Shown here: one piece after another, positions 1 through 15,955 of the stretch
Position numbering within the stretch: position 1 is the first letter of the stretch
Layout: every line of letters begins with the position of its first letter
Source of the DNA: the human T2T-CHM13v2.0 reference genome, Homo sapiens
DNA length: 64,000 nucleotides
NCBI RefSeq assembly: GCF_009914755.1
Contig: NC_060931.1
Strand: one strand, 5' to 3'
The notes under the pieces: generated by a model
Seen by the model: only the letters and a program-made list of their open reading frames with translations
Database searches by the model: none
Told to the model about the DNA's origin: nothing
Position numbers and translations under genes: made by a program

Positions 1-1554
1 TTGTATGAATAGTACCACTGAAAGATTCCTGCTAGTCACAGACTTGATGAAAAGGGCTTATTTTCTTTCTGAATTCAGGTGAAATGAAAAGCTGCTGAAT
101 TAGCAAGATCTAATTACTTATCCTTGGCCCTGGCCAGTGATTTTCTCCCAAAGAAAATACTACCTAATAGGAAATGAGATTGAATCAGTGTAACTTTCTG
201 TAGCTGTTTTGTTGCTCACGGATAGTCTTACTTTTTAAGTTCTAAAAAGCTACTCTCTGTAGATGAATTAAGTTATAGATGGCAAATATGAAGACTTGTA
301 GAAATTCTAAACCACTGTAGAACTCTTTCCTACTAAGCCTATAATGGCCCCATGAATTTTTCTTAATTTAATAACAAATATAGCCAATATTAAATATTTT
401 GGATGATATTGCATATTGTCTATTTTAGTTTGTAGCAATTTGACACATTCTAAAGAACTTTTAATCTTTGATGAAAATATATTTATGTATTGCATTGTCT
501 ACTTTTTAAGGCCGTCTTCATTCTACCTCATTTTGGCTTGGTTACTAAGTTGCAGTTATGTGCACTATAAGAGTGTATTCTCCAGACTATACATGGACAG
601 AAGTGGTCCCTTTGCAGTGTGACCATCTGTCCTTATTTGTTCCTGTATAATTAATAATAATCCATGTGTAACTATTATATTTATTACTTATTATCAAGCA
701 TTCATATGATCCTTTTTGTCTCTCAAAGAATCACAGTTTCGACTAAAAGTTATATGATTCCTCTAATTTGCACGGAACTGAAAACTTGGTCTCAGCAGCC
801 AGTACGCGTGATGAATTTCCTAGACTTATGTAGTCTTTAGCACCCTTTAGCAGTGTCTCCAGAGTCCCTCTCTCACCTGCCACTCTTGCTGCAGTGCAAG
901 AGGGTTCTCTGGAAGGGACTGAAACCTAGAATAAGGATAGGTGAGTTGCCCAGTGAAGAGAGACCAGGAAAATCTTGAAACCTTGAATGAGGAGCTATGG
1001 AAAAAAGAAAAGCCTGAAGGCAGTGCGATGGGCAGAAGTTGGTGAAAATTGGCACATAGCATGTGCTAAATAAATATTTAAATTTGGTACCCTGAAATAG
1101 AAGTTGATCACATGGATGTAAAAAAAAAAAAGGGAATGATGACAGAGGACTTGGAGCTGAAAAGTTTAATCCTAGTTGGGTTGGATTCAATGAGGGTAAG
1201 GAATTTAGCTGTGAAGAAGGAAAGCTCCAAGATGACCCTATACTGCAGAGTCTGGTTTATTGGGAGGAGGAGCATTAGGTTTGCACAAAAGCTGCAAACA
1301 TAATAATATCAGATTCTTTCTTGAGGTAACATTTGGCCATAGTACAGGAAAATGACAGCCGAAGGCTTTGGGCCACTGAAGGCAGAAGGGTGCAGAAGGG
1401 TACAAAAGGGAACTAATAGTAGCTTCAAGAATGGGAAGATGCCTCTTTCACTGTTTTGTATCTTGGTTCTTGATTTAAATGAAATATGTCTATTTGGCTT
1501 ATTTTATTTCCTTATTTCACTCACTGGGGTTTTCTTTGTTGTTGCTGTTTTTAG

Positions 1555-1719
<165 letters not shown>

Positions 1720-2301
1720 TAATTTTACCTTGCAATTTTTTTCTAAGTAACTACCTATTACATAATTTATTTTTCCCAAGTTCTAATTCTCACTATGCCA
1801 TATGATATAATACGGTTTCAATTTTAAAAATTCATTTTATATGTTTTGGATTTGTTCACAAAGTTGTTTACTACGTGGAAATGCTTGGCATATATTAAAA
1901 TTACTTATACAATCACTTATTCATGCTTGATCAACTTAAAGACAGTGGCATAAATATAATGATTTTATATATTTCATAGAATTCCTGGACATTATATCAA
2001 GGGTGAATTAAGAAAATTATTAAAACAACATATGTTGAGTGTGAACTAAGGAGAAGGTGCTAAATAGGTACTACTGAATATTACATAAAGTATAAACCAG
2101 TGTCATAAATCTCTCAGGAAAGAAAAGACACTAAAATCCACAGAAGAAACCTACAACAAATACAGATATATACATGCACTATTGAGTAAGCCAAAGAGAA
2201 GTGCTATTGGAGTTGAGAGGAGAAAGAGAAATCTTTCAAAAGAAAGTTCATGGAGAAGGTAGTACGTAAAGTGGGCTTAATGGAGTAATGGTAGGAATTT
2301 A

Positions 2302-2720
<419 letters not shown>

Positions 2721-2932
2721 TTATCCGTTCTCATGATCATAGTAGATGCCTATTTGTGCAGGCAAAAAAGTTTTAATTCTCAGTAAATACATACACAAGC
2801 ATTAGACCTTAAGATGAAAAAAAGTAGATATTATAATATAAAACCTTTTTCCACAGGTACAACAAATGTGGGCAAATTATAATCCAGGCTTAAACTATTA
2901 CCCCAAAATCTAAATGAGAAAAGGACGATCTG

Positions 2933-5349
2933 TACCCTGATACCAAACTAGATAAAGATATCACAAGGAAACAACATGCCAATACCCCTTATGAAAATAG
3001 ATATAAAACTCTTCAACAAAATAGTAGCAAACTGAATCTAACTACATGTAGAAAGATTATACACCATGACCAAATAGGATATATTCCAGGAAAAACAAAT
3101 TGGCTTGTATGAAAATCAATCAATGTATTATACCTACATTAATAGAATAAAGGGCAAAAAGCACATGATCATCTGAACAGACACAGAATAAGCATGTGAC
3201 AAAATCCAAAAACCATTTCCTGACAAAAGACTCAACAAGCTAGGAACAGGAAGAAACATCTTCAACTTGACAAGTATCTGTGAAAAACCCAATAGCTAGC
3301 ATCATACTGAAGAGCAGAAGACTGAAATCAGTCCGCCTAAGACCAGGAGATGGTAGACAAGGATGTTCATTCCCAGCATGGCTATTTAACATTATATTGG
3401 AGGGTCTAGCCAGGGCTATTAGGTAGGAAAAACAAAAACAAAAACAAGGACAACCAGATAGGAAAGAAAGAAGTAAACCTGTCTCTATTCATAGAAGACA
3501 TAATGTTGTATATAGAAAATCTTAAGGAATCCACAAAAAAACCTATTATAATAATAAATGAGTTCAGCAGGAAGGAAGATTTCAGACCAAAATGCAAAAA
3601 TCATTTGCATTTTTAGCCACTAGCTATGAACAATCCCAAAATAAAATTAAGAAAATGATTCCACTTAAAATAGTTTCAAACGGAATAAGATACTTAAGAA
3701 TAAATTTAACAAAATAAAGAAGTATAAGACTTGTGTACTAAAACTACAAAACAAAATGGAAAGAAATTAAGACCTAAGTAAATGGAAGTATATCTTATAT
3801 GAATTGATTGAAAGACTTCATATCATTAACATGACAATACTCCCTAAATTGATGTGCAGATTCAACCAAATCTCTATCAAAATCCCTCTTTCTTTCTTAA
3901 AGAAACTACAAGTTGATTCTGAAATTCATATGAAAATGCAAAGGACTCATAATAGTCAAAACAATCTCAAAAAACAATTCAAAGACTTATACCTCCTGAT
4001 TTTAAAACTTACTGTAAAGCTACAGAAATCAAAACAATATGGTACTAGGATAGGTATAGACATATGGATCAATGGAATAGAATTGAGAGTTCAAAAATAA
4101 ACCCATACATCTATAGTCAATTATTTTTTGACAAGGGAGTCAAGACCATTCAATGAGGAAAGAATAGTCTTTCCACCAAATGGTGGTGGTACAACTAGAT
4201 ATTCACCTGCAAAAGAGTGCAGTTGGACCCCCAACTCGTACCATATACAAAGATGAACTCAATGTGGACCAAAGACCCAAAATATAAGAGCTAAAGCTAT
4301 AAAACTTTTAGAAGAAAACATAGGGATAAATCTTTGTGACTTTGAATTAGGCAATGGTTTCTTACATGTGACAACAAAAGTGCAAGCAATCAAATAAAAA
4401 ATAGATAAATTGGACTTCATCAAACTTAAAACATTTTGTGTATCAAAAACACTATCAAGAAAGTGAAAAGACAACCCACCGAATGGGAGAAAATATTTGC
4501 AAATCAGGTATCTAGTAAAGGTCTAGTATCTAGAATATATCAACAACTCTTGCTTCTCAAAACAAACAAACAAAAAAACAAATAATTCAATTTAAAAATA
4601 GGCAAAGGATTTAAAGAGACATTTCTCCAAAGAAAGACAAATGGCCAAAAAGCATATGAAAAGATGCTCAACATCATTCAGCCTCAGGGTGAATGAAAAT
4701 CAAATCACAATGAAATACCACTTCACATCCACTAGGATGATTATAAGAACCAAACACAAACAAAAAATGGAAAATAGTAAGTATTCCCAGGATATAGAGA
4801 AATGGGAACCTTCTTACATTACTAGTAGAAAGATAAATTGTGTGGCCTCTGTGGAAAATAGTTCAGTAGTTCTCCTAAAAGTTAAACACAGAGTTACCAT
4901 ATTACCTAGTAATTCTACTCCTAGGTATAGACTCACGAAAACTGGAAACATATGTTCATATAGAAACTAGTACATGAGGTTCATAACAGCATTAATGATA
5001 ATAGCCAAAAAAGTGAAAACAACCCAAATATCTATTTCCCAGAGAATGGATAAATAAATGTGATGTGGCGGGGCGCGGTGGCTCACACCCATAATCCCAG
5101 CACTTTGGGAGGCCAAGGAGGGTGGATCATGAGGTCAGGAAGCCGAGACCATACTGGCTAACACATTGAAACCCCATCTCTACTAAAAATAAAAAAAAAC
5201 TAGCCAGGAGTGGTAACACATGCCTGTAGTCCCAGCTACTTGGGAGGCTGAGGCAGGAGAATCACTTGAACGTGGGATGGTGGAGGTTGCAGTGAGTTGA
5301 GATCGTGCCATTGCATTCCAGCCTGGGTGACAGAGCTAGACTCCATCTC

Positions 5350-5392
<43 letters not shown>

Positions 5393-5775
5393 ATGTGATG
5401 TAACCATACAATGGAATACTCCTCCACTGTAAAAAGGAATGAAGAGCTGATCCATGCTGTAACATGAATTAACCCTGGAAACTTCACACTAAGTGAAGGA
5501 AGGCTGGCATAAAAGGCCACATATTGTATGATTTCAGAATAGGCAGATCCCTAGAGATAGGAAATAGATTTGTGGCTGCTGTAAGGTAGAGGTAGGGAGA
5601 AAATGAAATGATTGCTAATAGGTATGAAATTTCTTTGAAGGGGGATGAAGAAATTATTCTGGAATTTGATAGTGGTGATACATGTATGACTCTGTTAATA
5701 TTATATATTTTAAAAACACTGAATTGTATACATTAAAAAGATGAACTTTATGATATGTGAATTTCATCTCTATTA
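2933..5775 (+). mobile_element. Old L1 (L1M, probably L1MB-type), 3' ORF2 and 3' UTR, decayed
   Basis: Degenerate ORF2 peptides (ORFs 3804-4100 and 4641-4970 resemble L1 ORF2) and an L1M-type 3' end; interrupted by an Alu at 5067. Confidence 0.88.
5067..5386 (+). mobile_element. AluS with (TAAA)n tail inserted in old L1
   Basis: Alu dimer; TSD ataaataaatgtgatgt at 5050-5066, repeated ending at 5401. Confidence 0.95.
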
Positions 5776-6418
5776 AGCTATGAGTTTGATAAAAAGATGG
5801 GAAAGCTGTTGGGGGAGAAAAGTGTAACCTGGCCACAAAAGTGCCAGACATACTAAATTGCCTTAAAAACTTGTGTAACTCCAAAGAGGCTTCAGGAGCA
5901 GTTCCGGGAGAGAGAGCGTTGCAGTCTCCTGCGTGAGCGAGCTTCGTGAATGGAGCACAGTTGCCTGGAACATTCAGGCTGAGGATTCAATCCAGTGCTT
6001 CAATGCCCAGGAAACAGATCCCTGCACCTGCTGAAATCAGATGACCAGGGTTTAGAGGGGCTGGGGGAGGAACTGCAAAGCCAATCCTTGTTTTGTTTTA
6101 TGGTGGTGGTGCTGATGATCTCACACAGCTGGGGACTTTAACCACTACATATTTCTAACGAATATAGAGGAAGTCAAGTTTTCCTCAGGGTCTGTGGAGC
6201 ATGTGTTTCTGCCTCTACTTTTCTTTGAGCAGAATTGTGCTTTGTGTAAGAACATGATTACTGCAGATTCGATCTTGTGGTTGTCTGGCACTCCCTTTGG
6301 GACTTGAAAGCAGTGGTGTCTAGGGGTTTGCAGTTACTCCCACCTTCCAAGGTGCATGTGAACTTTCATGTCACCCCGGTCCAAGGGCTGTCACGAGTGT
6401 CACTCAAGAGTGGAATAA

Positions 6419-6812
<394 letters not shown>

Positions 6813-8819
6813 TCAACTCCAGGCCTGGCAAGCAGTAGCCCTGCGTCTTCTCCACGCACAGGGAGTGGCGGCAGGCCTCCTCCCTCCAGCACAGCAGCTG
6901 ACCCTGCCAGCATCTACATTCAGTTCTTTTGCAGCCAAGGCAACCACAGCAGCCTCCCCTCTGCAGTAAACAGAGGATGCAGTTGCTGGGAACTCTTCTC
7001 CCTCCATGCTGACGGCCAGTTGTCAGGGGCAACTGCTCCTGGAGAAGCTCTAGTGAATGGCTGAATTCCAGAGAAGGCTTTGGAGGGGAATTTGCTTTTC
7101 TTGTTCCATCACAATACACATGCAGCTGAGCCTTGCTTCACCTTTTGGTTCTGCTGGGCTTTCATGGGTGCTGTTTGTTTCTCTGGGCTGTGCTGCCCTG
7201 GGATGGGGTGTCCAAGGTTTAGGCCTCTCCCACAGGGCTGCACAGCAAATGTTGCACCGCTGCTCCCGCACCGAGGCCTGACTGCATCCACTCTCCTGCA
7301 ATACAGCAATGGCTTGTGTTTTGGCATAAAATTCCATCAGGCAGAGGAGGTATCAAATCATTCAACCTGCCACTAGCTCCAGAGCAGTGTCAAATTCACT
7401 AATGTACAGAGCAGTGTCACCTCGACAGAGAATGCCTGCCAACAGAGCCAGCATGAATGATCCCGGCTAGGAGCTGAGAACTCCATGCTAAGTGCCAGAC
7501 AGAATGTGGAAAGAGAAGATGCCAGTACTTCCCATGAAGCTTAGAGTCCACGTAAAGACAATGCATGTGCAAGGAGAATTCCACAGTAGTGTTATCATTA
7601 AGTAAAAATAAAAGTCAAAGGCAGGGTGTGGTGGAGGCCTGTTGAGTTGTGTAGATAGTGGAAATGCTGACCTAGAGGGCTGAGATCCTCGCCAAGGCAG
7701 GAGTGGCTTCCACCGGTGAAAGTGAAAGATGACAGTCAGTCTTCAACAGTGGAGAATCCAAGTCGTAACCGTCACACTTCGCATATGTTTGCACACAGTG
7801 TTGAGTGCGTTCCTACCCAACATTGCTTCCATTTTGGTAGATTTAGTTAGAAATTGTAATATGTGCTTTTTTAAAAAAATAGTATTTTTCAAGTACTACC
7901 AGTCTTGTATTCTGGTTTATTGCAACTCAGAGTACAGTATCTGCTTTCTACTTAATTAGAAAATCCATTCTGAACTCACTTGATTCAGTCGTTTTGTGAA
8001 AGTGGTTCCTGGTACCCAGGGGCCCCTTGCCACCCCTGTGAGAAGAATCTCATGCGCATGGTGGAGTGCCCTCCTGATGACGCAGACCTGGAAGGGCCTC
8101 ATGGTAATCACTCTGAACAACAAGGCATCTTGTCCTGGAGTACAGTCTAATTATCACCAGTTATGCACAATTGATGTTTTAGAAATCAAATTAAAAGTGT
8201 TCAAGGTGATCTTAGTTCCAAAGGGATTTACCAAGTGAGAATATGTCCCTTTCAATGTTGTCATTCATATCTCCCTTGCTGGTCCATGCTCTTTTCTAAA
8301 TTTCTTCTCTTTGGAATAATAGGCTCAACGTTACATTTTTTATTTTCAATATTAAATATGTATCTGTCTACAATAGGCCATGCACAGCGTATGCCTTTTG
8401 TTAGCAGCTACAGTTCCCGCATTCTGATGGAAACACCGTGACCTTCTCCGGTGCCACAATCGCTGACGTGGGGGTCGGAAACTCCAGCAGGATCGGATTT
8501 GCATGAAAACATCCCTGACAATTGGCTTTTATGGAATCTCACATTAGAGCAGGTGGACAGTGGTTTATGCCGGAAACACTAGAACACTTTTAGGTGGTAC
8601 ATCAATGAGAAGCCTTGAATAATTCAAAGTCATAGTGAATGGAGGTTCTGGGTTAAGGCCAAGCACAGGTTATCAGAACACAAGACTCGTCAGTCTTTTG
8701 GGTAGAAACGTAACATAGAGATTACTTTTACGGAATTAAAATGTCATCACTGTTTAATGTCTGTGACCGCATTGCCAACCCTCACCTTATCTTTTTAAAA
8801 TTCTTGAACAAATAATTTC

Positions 8820-9210
8820 AAAACATTTTATTGAAGAAGGATATACATATAGGATATATATTATATATTTAACATAAATATTATATAGATATTAAATATA
8901 TAAATATAAACACATGTGAGTAAGCTATTGTTGAATTTTGATGAATTTTAAAACCAAACTTGATTCTGTAATCAGCATCCAGGCCAAAAAAGCAGAATGC
9001 AGCCAGCATCCGGAAAGCCCCCCAGGCCCTTCCTATCATTAATCCTCTCAAGGGCAACCTCATTTCTGACATCACAGAGTAGTATTATGAGTTTTTATAT
9101 TCTTTGCATTTATGGCATAAATGTAATCATCTGGTATGTCTACTTTTATGCCTGCTTTTGTTCTATATGTTTGTGAGATTCATAGTTGTATTTTAGATTG
9201 TACTGCTACC
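8820..9210 (-). mobile_element. Ancient L1M 3' fragment
   Basis: T-rich sequence resembling reverse-complemented L1MC/ME 3' UTR; heavily decayed. Confidence 0.5.
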
Positions 9211-12022
9211 CAATTTTTAACCTATATTGGATTATCTTATCATAAAGTCCCACATAATCTCAATGAAAATTGCAAAATAGCTTAACAGTCATTTAATAGC
9301 TTTTGTGTGTATCATAAAAAGTAATGCATACCTCCTAATTTTTTTTTGTCTTGTAGAAATAGATGGCTTGCTCCGTATCTTTTGGGCATTTTCTCTCTGT
9401 TAGGGCTCCTATATTAAATTCATTCCACAAATTCAATCTTGTTATATTCCATCTACTAACACTGACCATGGCCCAACCCATTTCATCATGGGAAGCACAG
9501 GTGGCTTGAGTGGGTTCTGGTATTGTTCATTTGCCCTGGGGCATCTGCTCTGTGAGTCCTGGGCTCCTCCGTGCCTGCTCACACCCATCTGCAGCGGACT
9601 GACTGGATTGGGGATGGTGTCTACTCTGATCATGAAACACAGAGTTGTTTTGGCTGCTGCCGATGCTACCACTGTTAATGTTTCTGCCCAAAGTTAACTT
9701 GTTAATACTAATCGAGACTGGGTGCTATAAATAGAGGCTGCAGATGATATTCATTATGATGGTCCAAAACATGGGAGAGGCCATTGAGAACAGGATACAT
9801 TCCTGGAAGGCTTCGTGGAGAATGAGCAATTAGGGACTTTAAAAGATAGATCCAGTAGAGATGGAAGAAAACTGAGAGGGAAAGCCATGAGCCCTCGGGG
9901 GACAGAGGACAGTCTGGCCAGGAAGTTGTGGAGGGGCCAGGTGTGGTCAAGAGTTAAGGGAGAAGGAAAGGGATGGTAGCCAATGGGGAGAGCCTGGAGC
10001 GCACAGGGCCTGGATTTGAGACTGAACTCTAACTTCTCATACCGTTTACACCAGTGTCCTAACCAGTTTCAGAATCTGATGAAAACTGTAAGTCATCTTA
10101 TCGTTGGAAGGAAAGAAAGGGCATTGTGTGCACATAAACATTTGGATATGTTGTATTAATATAACGTTTGCAAACCTAGTCAGTCCATCCCAGGGCCATC
10201 TCAGGGATCTGCTTGAGCGTTTATCCAAGGTCCAGGTGTTAAAGTTTGTCAGCCAAAATATTTTTGTCTGTGAGTAACAGAACAGCCAACTAAAACTGTT
10301 CCAATTGCAGGTGTCCGTATTGTTTCACAAGACAAGTTTAGACATAGCCAGTCCAAGGCAGATTCAGTGCTCGTGGATATTGTCAAAGTCCAGGTGGGCT
10401 CCATCTCTCTGCTGCCATCAGTATGTCGACAACATGGTTGTGACGGCTTCATGCTTCACTCGCCCACACGCACAGGAAGGGATGGACACATAGAACTTAG
10501 CTTGTGCATCTCACTTCCTCTGTCATGGAGGAAATAGTTTTCTGAGTAGTTCCTTTCGGTTCCCCGGAGCTGCGAGGAGACAGCTTATTTGCTGTAACCA
10601 TATTGCATGGCTACCTTCACTGGAGGGGGTTGGCAAAGCCCGCCATTTGTAGGAGTCAGGCTCTGCTGAGTCAGAAGAAGGCAGAGAGGCACTGGCTCTT
10701 GGGGAAGCAGCCTTCAGTGTCCACCACCACGAGCAAGACCCCTTGATTTGTGAAATCCTTGAGGAATGTGGTCTACATTCCTTGAACATGACCAGTGAAT
10801 TTGAGTCATTCTTTAAATTGAAACAAATCTTCTCCCTCCAAAAGGAGGGAGTTCTGACAGATTCTCATAGAAGAAATAATTAGGTTACATTGCTACTAAC
10901 CCTATAGTGAGTTGCAAACTTGCAAACTACTGAAAAGTGGGTCGCTGGGACCATCTTAACCGTCTCTCTTTTGATTTCCCATCATTAATTCTAGAAGGAC
11001 TACTAGGTGCATCTCGCTTATTTATGGAGTCCTTACACTAAAGAGCCATTTTTCTAAAGGATGGCAGTAGATGCTTATTATTCACACTCGTGTTAAGACT
11101 ATAAGCTAAGGCAAATGGGTCTACATATTTATCTATAAATGGACACTTTTCAAGTGTTGCTGCATTTTGCATCCTATTTTAAAGGCAACCATGAAAATGA
11201 GTAAATCTTATGCTGGGACCCTGGTTTCCTCTGGAGTCTCTTGCCTGCTATAGATGAGTGCCTCCTGGTCAGCTTCAAATTAATTTTGGTGGCCTTAAGG
11301 ACCATATTTTTACAAGCAGCTGGCTCCTATATTAGTTGCTAGTTTAGTGAAGACTCTGGCAGTCCAGAACCAAAGGCAGCAATTCAGGAGTTTAAGCAGA
11401 GTTACCATACCATGTCAGGGTCAGGAACACAGAAAGCTGTGATATAATAAAATCGGAGAACTGGAGAGCAATTCTGTAAAATGAACTAAGCAGGTCGGGG
11501 AACTAGGAAGATGAAATTCCAGATTGAAATGGTTCCAAATTCTCTGAACTCTTCACCTTAAGCCCTGCTTGGACAACCATTGATCACTTCTGCAGAAACA
11601 GTATATCCATGCACTTTCTCAGATTGCTACTTCATAATCCTCAAATCCCAGATATTCTAAATTGACTCTGTGCATTTAAGTATGGTATTAAAATCACCAG
11701 AAGTTCAGTTAAGTGATAATTTGCAGGACCTCCCATTTAATCAGTCTCTTTCTTGCTTTTCCCCTACTCAGATTCTTCATGTCTTTCTTTTTCATTCAGT
11801 AAATGTATGATCATTGCAGCCTCAGAGGATGCCTTCTAAAGTGGTGGGTTGGTTGGAAATGGGAGAAAGGCCTTGAAGGATGCAGTAGGCTAAAAAATGC
11901 GCCCCCCCCACCAAAAAAAAAGTCCAAGTTGTAATCCTTGGATCCTGTTAATGTTTTCTTTTATGGCCAAAAGGGGGCCTTTTGTGGCTACATTAAGCAT
12001 CTGAAATGGAGGATTACCCTTA

Positions 12023-13643
<1,621 letters not shown>

Positions 13644-13783
13644 AAGAAGGAAATAGAGGGAGATTTGACACAGACGAAGGAGGAAATGGCAAAGTGACCA
13701 CAGAGGTGGAGATGGGAGGGATGTGGCCACAAGCCCAGGAATACTGGCAGCCCCCAGAGGCTGGAAGAGACAAAGAACAGATG

Positions 13784-14145
13784 TGATATGGCTTGGCTGT
13801 ATCCTCACCCAAATCTCATCTTGAATTGTAGCTCCCATAATTCCCATATGTCATGGGAGGGACCCAGTGGGAGGTAATTGAATCATGGGGGTGGGTTTTT
13901 TGTGCTATTCTCATGATAGTGAATAAGTCTCATGAGACCTGATGGTTTTATAAAAGGCAGTTCCCCTGCACATGCCCTCTTGCCTGCTGCCATGTAAGAT
14001 GTGCCTTTGCTCCTCCTTTGCCTTCCACCATGATTGTGAGGCCTCCCCAGCCATGTGGAACTGTGAGCTCATTAAACCTCTTTTTCTTTATAAATTACCC
14101 AGTCTCAGGTATTTCTTCATAGCAGTATGAAAATGGACTAATACA
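13784..14145 (+). mobile_element. THE1 solo LTR (THE1B/C-like)
   Basis: TG...CA termini, THE1 consensus-like body, perfect 5-bp TSD agatg (13779-13783, 14146-14150). Confidence 0.92.
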
Positions 14146-15206
14146 AGATGCTTCCCCAGAACCTCCAAGAGCGTGCAGCCCTGCTGACACTTGTATTTGG
14201 GCCCAGTGAAGCTGATTTTAGACTTCCAGTCTCCAGAACTGGGAGAGCATACTCTTCTGTTGTTTGAAGCCATCAAGTTTGTGGTCATTTGTCACAGCAG
14301 CCACAGGAGGCTAAAATAAAGGGAGATAAATGGCATTGCCACTTTTACGGTGGCCATGTCTTACAGGCAGGCAAAAGAATGCACTTGTGGAGAGATCAGA
14401 ACTAGAATGCTTAGAAGCCATGTGCCAGCCCTTGGAAGACCATGAACTGGACAACAACTGTGCCACGCACTGCCCTGTCTGCTCCTTCCTGCCATTCACA
14501 ATGGGAGTCCATGCTGGGCTCCTAGCTCAGCTCTCTAGGGGACAACCCTGAGTTTCAAAAGGTGGTTCTTTACCATCTTCACCACAAAGAAAGGAAATGA
14601 AATTCTTTCAAATTGAGATGTATTTTGATGTTTTTCAAAATTTGAGAGAAAGAGGAAGGAAGAGGAGAGGAAGAGGAATAGGAATCTCCAGTATTGACTT
14701 AATTCTTCTTATTTTACATACATTCAATTAAACAGATTTAAGCTCCACTTACAGTCTATGTTATTAAATTTGTCGAGATGGGAGATGAAATGCAGATTAA
14801 AAAAAAGAAGCCAATGAAATTCAGATTAAAAATATACATTGTATGTGACAGATAATGATAATTTCTGAGACTAAGTAACCCCTTACAATGTGTAAAGGTG
14901 TTTGCTACGTGTCACAGGTATTTTGGGTTTAGCATGCCTATTCTCGTAGGCATCGGGTGAAGAATTGTTCCACCCATTATTTCCCTATTGGGAGCACACT
15001 ACACCTGTGTTTACACAGCAAGCCAGTCATTTGGGAAGGTTAAATTATTAATAGCTGACCTTGGTGTTGGTACATCATGAAGACACATACCGATTCAGGC
15101 TCTCAATTCAGGTATGAGTATATGTTTATGATCAGAACATGATTTTATTAATTTTATTGAACAAGTAATATGTATAAATAGAAAAACAGTAGAAATATAT
15201 TAAATT

Positions 15207-15505
15207 GGCTGGGCATGGTGGCTCATCCTGTAATCTCAGCACTTTGGGAGGCCGAGGCAGGCAGATCACCTGAGGTCAGGTGTTTGAGACCACCCTGGTC
15301 TCCGTATCTGCTAAAAATACAAAAATTAGACAGGCGTCATGGCGCGTGCCTGTAATCCCAGCTACTTGGGAGGCTGAGGCAGGAGAATTGCTTGAATCCG
15401 GGAGGCTGAGCCGAGATCATACCACTGCACTCCAGCCTGGGTGACAGAGTGAGATTCCATCTCAAAAAAAAAAAAAAAAAAAGAAAAGAAAAAGAAAAGA
15501 AAAGA
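15207..15505 (+). mobile_element. AluS with two short internal deletions and an A/(AAAAG)n tail
   Basis: Alu dimer lacking part of the left-arm end and the gcggaggttgcagt segment. Confidence 0.92.
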
Positions 15506-15577
15506 AATATTAAATGAACAATAATAATCCTTTTATAATTATTTTCTCATACTGTCAGTTCTACAACCAGTCCCTAG

Positions 15578-15955
<378 letters not shown>

